Positions 25,532-32,000 of a stretch of 32,000 nucleotides of DNA are shown here, piece by piece. The first letter of the stretch is position 1. Each line of letters begins with the position of its first letter. Under the pieces are notes generated by a model. That model was not told the origin of the DNA and ran no database searches. It saw only the letters and a program-made list of their open reading frames with translations. The DNA is from Cuniculiplasma divulgatum (GTDB lineage: Archaea; Thermoplasmatota; Thermoplasmata; Thermoplasmatales; Thermoplasmataceae), in assembly GCF_900083515.1 (NCBI RefSeq), contig NZ_LT671858.1, forward strand, positions 1,200,001 through 1,232,000. Direction: 5' to 3'. The position numbers and the translations under genes were made by a program.

Positions 25532-25831
25532 ATGAACTTGAAAATTGAGGAAACTAGAGAAAATAAGCTCTTGAAGAGAAAGGAGATCAAATACACTGTT
25601 GAGTTTGAAAAGAACAACACACCATCCAGAGAAGTTGTAAAGGAACTTATAGCAAGAAACACAAACTCAAATAAGGAACTGGTCATAGTAGATTTTAATG
25701 AACAGCTTACCGGTTTACATGTAATAAAAGGCTATTCCAAGATATATTCAAAAAAGGAAGACGCCATGCTTTATGAACCGGACTACGAACTTTACAGAAA
25801 TGGTCTGAAAGTAAAGGAGGAGAAGCAATAA
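25532..25831 (+). CDS. rps24e: 30S ribosomal protein S24e
   Basis: 99 aa. [25 protein letters not shown]...[12 protein letters not shown]...[33 protein letters not shown] is typical of S24e. Confidence 0.9.
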   Translation: MNLKIEETRENKLLKRKEIKYTVEFEKNNTPSREVVKELIARNTNSNKELVIVDFNEQLTGLHVIKGYSKIYSKKEDAMLYEPDYELYRNGLKVKEEKQ

Positions 25832-25992
25832 TGCAGAAGAGAGAGCTTTATAAACTGGAAAACAGTAAGATAGTGAGAGAAAGAAGAAGCTGTCCTAGAT
25901 GTGGAACAGGGGTTTTTCTTGCAGAACATGAAAACAGATTAACCTGCGGAAAATGCGGTTATACAGAATTCAAAAATAAAAAGAAGAATTAG
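25831..25992 (+). CDS. rps27ae: 30S ribosomal protein S27ae (zinc ribbon)
   Basis: Not in the track because it is under 60 aa. Own translation: [53 protein letters not shown] (53 aa), with CxxC...CxxC. The ATG overlaps the S24e stop by 1 nt. Confidence 0.85.
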   Translation: MQKRELYKLENSKIVRERRSCPRCGTGVFLAEHENRLTCGKCGYTEFKNKKKN

Positions 25993-26306
25993 AGTTCGTC
26001 TATTCTTCGTGTAGTTTCTCCAGCGGCCTTTTCTATTTCCTTATATTTTGATTTTTCAATTTCTTTAGATGCTTCATCTTCTGGGCTTATTCTCAGGAGA
26101 TTTAACAGATGTGTCAATTCTGAATCCAATATTAGAGATAGTGTTCTTAGCATCTCTGCCTTTTCTGGATCTATCGTTTTTCTCTTGGAAGATACAAAAC
26201 AGTCATAATGCACACTTCCTTTCTTTGTGAAGGTGAACTTCTGACCCGTGTTAACATCTTTGCTGCATTCATAACATTTAAACTGCGCCATACGATGAAA
26301 ATACAT
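25989..26306 (-). CDS. Small conserved archaeal Cys/His protein (DUF2175-like by recollection)
   Basis: 105-aa ORF. The likely true start is [11 protein letters not shown]... at 26291. Pattern CYEC...[13 protein letters not shown] followed by a helical acidic tail. Confidence 0.55.
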   Translation of the reverse strand: MYFHRMAQFKCYECSKDVNTGQKFTFTKKGSVHYDCFVSSKRKTIDPEKAEMLRTLSLILDSELTHLLNLLRISPEDEASKEIEKSKYKEIEKAAGETTRRIDEL

Positions 26307-26386
26307 TATGGCATATTAACTGTTTTCACATTTTATTGAATGTAAAGCTGCATTCATTTTTCTTCAATCTTAGTAACAATGGCCTT

Positions 26387-27565
26387 CTAGCCTGAAACTT
26401 TCCTATTATACTTTTTGAAGAAAATAACATAAAGAACCGGATCAAGCAGCGATACAACACCTGCAAAGGAAAACATCAATGTAATGTAACCTGCACTCAA
26501 TAGAAAACTTCCAAATGTTGTGGAAGCACCGTATGGTAGTCTTCTTGCAATACCAGTGAGGCTGTTTCCTCTTGCCCTTTCCTCAGGTTTGAGCAATTCC
26601 ATCTGGAAACTCTGCCTGATTGGAAGAGCGAGCTGGTAGAAGCCTGTTCTGATGGCATATATTACTCCAGCTACAATGGGTGGAACAAATGGTATTACTA
26701 TAAAGAGAACACTTCCCAGCGTTCTGAATATTCCGATGGCATAAATTGCTCCAAAAAAACGCTCCATGTAGGTGGAAAAAACAACAGCAATACCCGCCGC
26801 GATGTAGGAACCGGTAAATATTTCCGAAATTATGTATGCCGGTAATCTCACATCATGGAAATACAGTGATATAATCGGTGTTACAACACCAAGACCTACA
26901 CTTCCGAAAGCACCAGAAAGACCAATTTTTAATATGTTTCCCCCAGATTCCATCTTAATCGTTGGGGTCTTTTCCTTATGTTTCCTGATTTTAGTATCCT
27001 CAAGCAATAATGTTATTGCTACAGAAGTTAGATTCAAAACAAGAGCAATTAAAAAAAGCACCTGATAATAATTTGCAATATAAATTTCCAGTAATGCGGA
27101 TGTAGAACTGCCGGCGATAGCTGCAACAATGGATATAATCATCAGAATGGAATAGATTCTTGTCCTGTTTGCCGGATCTGTTTTATCGGCTACAAATGCA
27201 GTTAATATTGGCGCAACAGGACCACCACCTGCACCACCTCCTATTGCACTGAACGTAATGCCAAAAAGTGAAGTGAGAGATATGATTATGAAGTTCCTCG
27301 TGAAAAGAAATGATATGAATATAAATGCTGGAAGAACTGACATGAGAAGAAGGGTCTTCTTTCTGCTGTAAAGATCTCCCATGAATCCAGATAATAGCAC
27401 AAGAACTGAACTGGCAATAGTTGCCACAAGAGCATAGATTCCAACATATATGGTTGAAAAGCCGATGTGAACAAGGAACAGGGGAATTAAGAATGCAATG
27501 TACCCAAAATAAAAACTCCTCAATCCTCGTATTAGACCAAGTAAGGGAATCTGCTTCATTACCAC
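26387..27565 (-). CDS. MFS transporter
   Basis: 392 aa, ~12 TM helices in two bundles split by a basic loop (EDTKIRKHKEKTP). MFS-like loop motif GFMGDLYSRKKTL between TM2 and TM3. Confidence 0.8.
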   Translation of the reverse strand: MVMKQIPLLGLIRGLRSFYFGYIAFLIPLFLVHIGFSTIYVGIYALVATIASSVLVLLSGFMGDLYSRKKTLLLMSVLPAFIFISFLFTRNFIIISLTSLFGITFSAIGGGAGGGPVAPILTAFVADKTDPANRTRIYSILMIISIVAAIAGSSTSALLEIYIANYYQVLFLIALVLNLTSVAITLLLEDTKIRKHKEKTPTIKMESGGNILKIGLSGAFGSVGLGVVTPIISLYFHDVRLPAYIISEIFTGSYIAAGIAVVFSTYMERFFGAIYAIGIFRTLGSVLFIVIPFVPPIVAGVIYAIRTGFYQLALPIRQSFQMELLKPEERARGNSLTGIARRLPYGASTTFGSFLLSAGYITLMFSFAGVVSLLDPVLYVIFFKKYNRKVSG

Positions 27566-27668
27566 GTATTCAAAACAAATATTAGAATATTGATTATCAT
27601 GAAGTTAAGTATTTATAAAGTGAACATCATCAACAGTAAAAATTCTTATAAGGTGGTTGTAATGTTTA

Positions 27669-28769
27669 ATGGTGACCATAACAAAGAATGGGACCGCCTA
27701 TCTTCCCTTACACTATGGAAAACCTCCGGAACTTCTTTACAGGAAAATTGTCAGGTTAACTGGCCAGATATGTGAACTGATATCGGAAACTTACGGAACT
27801 AAGGAGTTGATATGGAGAATGGCAGACCCTGTTTGGTTTCACTCACTGAGTCTTGTTACGGGATTTGACTGGAATTCAAGCGGAACTACCACTACAACAC
27901 TTCATGCCCTGAAAGAGTATTCAAATTCTAAGGACCTGGATTTCTTCGTTGCAGGTGGAAAAGGAGTTCACATGAAGGAAAAATCTGGAGACATATCAAC
28001 CAGATCCGAACTTTTTGCAACCGAGAAAATTCCTGAACGAATCAGAAAAGAAACCGATCTTGCAGCCAAAATCGATGAGAATCTCTTACAGGATACTTAT
28101 GATCTCTATATCCACAGCGTTGTTCTGGATTATAAGGGAAACTACTCAGTTATTCAGCAGGGTCTGAATTATGAGGAAAAAATGGCCAGAAGATATCACT
28201 GGTCTTCTAAACATATAATGGAAAAAATGGAAGAGAGCAGGATGGGAATTAGAACAGATCTGCTTTCTGACAACTGCCTTGATCTCTCAAGCCCCTTAAG
28301 CAGAAAATCTAGAGATTCCATGCTTAAAGCAATTAAGGAGAAGCCTAAAGTTTCAAATGAAAACCAGAGGACCCTGGATTATTACAGCGATGAAAAGGTT
28401 TTGAATCTTGCCATAAAGGTACCATGGAAAAACCTTGAGAAAATATACGAATTTGAGCCTTCTAATTTTGATGATCTTTTATTTATTCCAGGGGCAGGCA
28501 AAAGCACCATAAGGGCACTGTGTTACATAGCAGAGGTTATAACAGGCGAAAAGCCAAGCTATGAGGACCCAGTGAGATATTCCTATGCACTTGGAGGAAA
28601 GGATGGGATTCCGAAACCTGTAAACTACGATGATTACGACAGGTCCATTGAGTTCTTTGGAAATCTCCTGAGACAGGGAGGAATGCAGGCAATGGAAAGG
28701 GAGAAAATCTTAAAGAGACTCAGCAGAGAAAGAGTCAATTCGGGATCATCCTATACTGTAAAATCCTGA
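27669..28769 (+). CDS. DUF763-family protein (conserved, function unknown)
   Basis: 366 aa. LPLHYGKPPELLYRKIVRLTGQICELISETYGTKELIWRMADPVWFHSLSLVTGFDWNSSGTTTT matches my recollection of the DUF763 N-terminal signature. Confidence 0.6.
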   Translation: MVTITKNGTAYLPLHYGKPPELLYRKIVRLTGQICELISETYGTKELIWRMADPVWFHSLSLVTGFDWNSSGTTTTTLHALKEYSNSKDLDFFVAGGKGVHMKEKSGDISTRSELFATEKIPERIRKETDLAAKIDENLLQDTYDLYIHSVVLDYKGNYSVIQQGLNYEEKMARRYHWSSKHIMEKMEESRMGIRTDLLSDNCLDLSSPLSRKSRDSMLKAIKEKPKVSNENQRTLDYYSDEKVLNLAIKVPWKNLEKIYEFEPSNFDDLLFIPGAGKSTIRALCYIAEVITGEKPSYEDPVRYSYALGGKDGIPKPVNYDDYDRSIEFFGNLLRQGGMQAMEREKILKRLSRERVNSGSSYTVKS

Positions 28770-28800
28770 AGTATGTTGCCCAATTGGTAAAAAGCCTTTT

Positions 28801-31800
28801 ATATCTTCTTACGTTGAACCACAGATTATCACGTTTAAACAGACCGACGAAAAAAGAGGAGGTGTTGAAGAACATTTACCATTTCTTGATCCAATCATAT
28901 CAAAGTGGTTCAATGAAAAATATGATTCACTAACTGTTCCCCAGAAAAAGGTAATTCCTCTAATCCATAAGGGTGAGAATGTGCTTGTTTCCAGTCCAAC
29001 CGGTACAGGAAAGACCCTGACCGGATTTCTTGCCATAATAAACGAGCTTTTCCTGAGATCAAAGGAAAATGGACTGGAGGATAAGATAGAATGTGTATAT
29101 ATAAGTCCACTTAAGGCTCTTGCAAACGACATAAACAGGAACCTTAACGAACCATTAAAGGAAATTTATAAGATTGCTGAAGAAAGCAACATGAACCTGC
29201 CGAAGATCAGGGTTGGTCTTAGAAGTGGAGACACAACACAGAACGACAGGCAGAAAATGCTAAGGAAACCACCACACATATTGATTACAACACCTGAATC
29301 ACTTGCACTTTCACTCACTGCACCAAAATTCAAGGAAAAGTTCAAGGATGTAAAATATGTTATTGTGGATGAGATACACGAGGTTTCTTCATCCAAGAGA
29401 GGCACACTTCTATCGCTGAATCTAGAGAGACTGGAAGAACTATCGCCAGGTTTTGTCAGAATAGGTCTTTCAGCCACACAGGCACCCCTGGATAAAATAT
29501 CAAATTTCCTCTGTGGATATGAGAATGGAGAACCAAGGAAATGTAACATAGTAGATGTTGATCTGAAGAGAGGTCTAGATCTCATGACACTCACCCCTGT
29601 GGATGATCTCACGACTGCAGGTTTTGAGGTTGCAAACGAAAGGATGTATGATATACTTGTAAAACTCATAGAAGAGCATAAAACAACACTAATATTTACA
29701 AATACAAGGAGTGCCACTGAACATGTTGCAATAAGATTAAAGGCCCGCGGTATTGATAGTCTTGAGGCACATCATTCATCCCTTGGAAAGGAGATAAGGC
29801 TTGGTGTTGAGGAAAAGTTAAAAAATGGTGAACTGAAATGTGTTATTTCGTCAACTTCTCTTGAACTGGGAATTGATATAGGCAGCGTTGATCTTGTAGT
29901 GCAGATAGGGAGCCCAAAATCTGTATCCAAGGGACTGCAGAGAATAGGGAGGGCAGGTCACTCCATATCAAAATTGAGTCAGGGAAGATTTGTTGTGTTC
30001 AATCTTGACGATCTTGTGGAATGTGCCGTACTCACGAAGGCAGCCTATGATCGTGAAATAGACAGGGTTAGCATTCCAGAGAGTGCACTGGATGTGCTTT
30101 CACAGGCTGTGGTTGGAATGTCTCTGGAGAAAACATGGAGTATTGACGAAAGCTACAATCTCATAAAGAGATCATACCCTTACAGAAATCTGACCATGGA
30201 TGACTATATGTCTGTTATAAACTATCTTGCCGGGAAGATTGAAAATAACACCATTTATTCAAAAATATGGTACGATGAGGAGGAAAAGGTATTCGGAAAG
30301 AAGAAGAGCACAAGGATGATCTACTTCATGAATATAGGAACAATTCCAGACGATTCAGATTACAGGGTTATTGATCTCAGTGGCAGGCATCTTGGACAGC
30401 TAAGTGACAAATTTGTGGAGAGAATGACAGTTGGGGATATATTCGTTCTTGGGGCGAGAACCTATGCCTTCATTCGCACCAGGGGGAACAGGGTCATCGT
30501 CAGGGATGCCACAGGACTGAAACCAACAATTCCCTCTTGGACTGGAGAAATGCTCCCTAGAAGTTATGATCTTGGAACACTTATCGGAAAGTTTCGGGAT
30601 AATATACAGAAGAATCTTGAGAAGGATGATCTCAGGGAATGGCTAAGAGAAAATTATCACCTTGATGAAAATGGAGCGAGAAGCATCATTTCATATATAA
30701 GGGCACAGACCAAGTTTAACGTACCTACTGATAGTCATCTGTATGTTGAAGGATATACAGAAAATGGTTTATACAGTATACTTTTCCTGATTCCTCTTGG
30801 AAGAAGGGTCAATGATGCCATATCGAGAGCCTATGCCCAGGCTATTTCCAATACTTATGAAACCAATACAAGGGTTACTGTTACGGATGATGGATTTATG
30901 TTAACAGTTGAATCCTCAATTCCCATAAAGAATGTTATAAATCTCATAGATGAAGACAATTTTGTGGATTACGTTAAGAGATCAATAATGAATACAACTG
31001 TCTTTAAGGAGAGATTCAGGCAATGCGCCACGCGGTCATTAATGGTACTCAGGCGATACAAGGGTCATGAGGTTTCTGTGGTGATCCAGCAGTTAAGGAG
31101 TGATAAGGTACTGAGAGCAATAGAAAATATACCAAACTTTCCAGTGGTAACTGAAACATATAGAGAGATCATGAATGATATGATGGATGTGCCATCTGCA
31201 CTGAAATATGTTGAAGAAGTTATAGGAAAAGGTCGGTACACTGTAAAGGATTATTCAGAGGTGGCAAGCCCGTTCTCCCTTTCCCTTATTCTGGCAGGCG
31301 TATCTGATGTTGTGCTGATGGAGGAAAGGGCAAAACTAATGAAGGAACTGCAAAGCAGGATTGTCGATAGGGTTTACGGAACTGAGTATATGGATTTTAA
31401 AATAAAAGATCCAAGAATAGTTGATAATTTTTATAGAAGCAAGGTTCCACCTGTAAACGATGCAGAAAGTTATATGGAGTTATGCAGACACTTTCCTATG
31501 GTAGATATCACCAAATCTAGATTCAACTCTCCCTTTCCATATGCTTCTATGGATGTACTTTCCATAGGCAGAGAACTTGTGAAAGAGGATAAATTATGGA
31601 GCATCAGCCTCAGGGGACTTTACTGGGTCTCTAAGGAACGTTACGGTCTCTTCAGGGAACTATTCGCAAGGAATCGTCCACTTAATGAGGAAGAAAGGAA
31701 CGTACTTGAACAGTGCAATGGAAGCACACCAAAGGAAATTCAACAAAATACAGGGTATGAAGAGTCGCAGGTAAAGAACGCTCTACTTGCACTTGAATCA

Positions 31801-32000
31801 CTGTTTCTTGTGAGGAGAAAATTCAAGCGCGATGCATTTTCCTATGAGAAAATTGAAACCTACCCAGATGGAAATTATACAGTGGAGGAACTTTTCTTTG
31901 ATCTGCTTAATTCCATGGGTCCTATGACCCTTGATGAGATTTCAGTCCGTTTCCCTATTGAAAAGGACAGGATAGTAAAAACACTGGAATTACTGGAATC
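28801..32000 (+). CDS. lhr: Lhr-type large ATP-dependent helicase (DEAD/DEAH box plus Lhr-associated C-terminal domains), 3-prime end outside window, 5-prime end unresolved
   Basis: Own translation: ...LPFLDPIISKWFNEKYDSLTVPQKKVIPLIHKGENVLVSSPTGTGKT (Q motif + Walker A), VIVDEIHE (DEVH), LSATQ, SSTSLELGIDIG, QRIGRAGH, then >500 further codons open to 32000. The phase is open from 28762. There is no in-frame ATG/GTG/TTG before GTG 28981, so the start given (ATA 28801) is a placeholder. Confidence 0.85.
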   Translation, partial: MSSYVEPQIITFKQTDEKRGGVEEHLPFLDPIISKWFNEKYDSLTVPQKKVIPLIHKGENVLVSSPTGTGKTLTGFLAIINELFLRSKENGLEDKIECVYISPLKALANDINRNLNEPLKEIYKIAEESNMNLPKIRVGLRSGDTTQNDRQKMLRKPPHILITTPESLALSLTAPKFKEKFKDVKYVIVDEIHEVSSSKRGTLLSLNLERLEELSPGFVRIGLSATQAPLDKISNFLCGYENGEPRKCNIVDVDLKRGLDLMTLTPVDDLTTAGFEVANERMYDILVKLIEEHKTTLIFTNTRSATEHVAIRLKARGIDSLEAHHSSLGKEIRLGVEEKLKNGELKCVISSTSLELGIDIGSVDLVVQIGSPKSVSKGLQRIGRAGHSISKLSQGRFVVFNLDDLVECAVLTKAAYDREIDRVSIPESALDVLSQAVVGMSLEKTWSIDESYNLIKRSYPYRNLTMDDYMSVINYLAGKIENNTIYSKIWYDEEEKVFGKKKSTRMIYFMNIGTIPDDSDYRVIDLSGRHLGQLSDKFVERMTVGDIFVLGARTYAFIRTRGNRVIVRDATGLKPTIPSWTGEMLPRSYDLGTLIGKFRDNIQKNLEKDDLREWLRENYHLDENGARSIISYIRAQTKFNVPTDSHLYVEGYTENGLYSILFLIPLGRRVNDAISRAYAQAISNTYETNTRVTVTDDGFMLTVESSIPIKNVINLIDEDNFVDYVKRSIMNTTVFKERFRQCATRSLMVLRRYKGHEVSVVIQQLRSDKVLRAIENIPNFPVVTETYREIMNDMMDVPSALKYVEEVIGKGRYTVKDYSEVASPFSLSLILAGVSDVVLMEERAKLMKELQSRIVDRVYGTEYMDFKIKDPRIVDNFYRSKVPPVNDAESYMELCRHFPMVDITKSRFNSPFPYASMDVLSIGRELVKEDKLWSISLRGLYWVSKERYGLFRELFARNRPLNEEERNVLEQCNGSTPKEIQQNTGYEESQVKNALLALESLFLVRRKFKRDAFSYEKIETYPDGNYTVEELFFDLLNSMGPMTLDEISVRFPIEKDRIVKTLELLE

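Noticed and set aside
28809-29717. Three minus-strand ORFs (66-183 aa)
   Set aside because: They are antisense to the Lhr helicase, whose motifs I-VI are all readable on the plus strand.
1-32000. CRISPR arrays, rRNA genes, intact IS elements/transposases, integrases
   Set aside because: I scanned intergenic and ORF-poor regions for regularly spaced repeats and for recombinase or transposase motifs and found none. The only sizeable repeat is the pilin 5-prime module.

Overview
This is an AT-rich archaeal chromosome segment. Gene content suggests a Thermoplasmata-type euryarchaeon, but that assignment is inference. All functional calls rest on motifs read by eye; no database search was possible.

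- **1-10.8 kb:** a minus-strand sugar-uptake operon (binding protein, two permeases, MalK-type ATPase, GDE-type glycosidase cut by the window edge), a B12-binding-domain radical SAM enzyme, a polytopic membrane protein and an ABC-2 exporter pair.
- **10.8-15.7 kb:** a visibly AT-richer surface/glycosylation islet. It holds two GT2 glycosyltransferases, long ORF-free spacers and two tandem pilin-like genes with class III signal peptides. Their promoter plus first ~52 codons are near-identical (213 nt, 4 mismatches), while the gene bodies have diverged.
- **15.7-18.6 kb:** a chlorite-dismutase-family protein, ThiI with a rhodanese domain, a LOG/TIGR00725-type protein and tRNA-Asp(GUC).
- **18.57-24.1 kb:** directly downstream of the tRNA lies a ~5.6 kb low-coding-density, heavily decayed stretch. 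It contains two convergent truncated or frameshifted RecF/SMC-like P-loop ATPase heads and an orphan 199-aa protein. It also contains a minus-strand chain of tiny virus/plasmid-like genes (an RHH with a 1-nt frameshift, a small membrane protein ATGA-coupled to a zinc ribbon, an HTH fragment) and a degenerate class-II tRNA-like relic. I read this as the wreck of an integrated element or defence islet, not an intact new system.
- **24.2-32 kb:** the conserved archaeal rpoE-spt4-DUF359(DPCK)-S24e-S27ae operon, a small zinc-binding protein, an MFS transporter, a DUF763-type protein and a large Lhr-type helicase that runs off the window. The helicase has no canonical in-frame start codon.

No CRISPR array, rRNA, intact IS or integrase was recognised.
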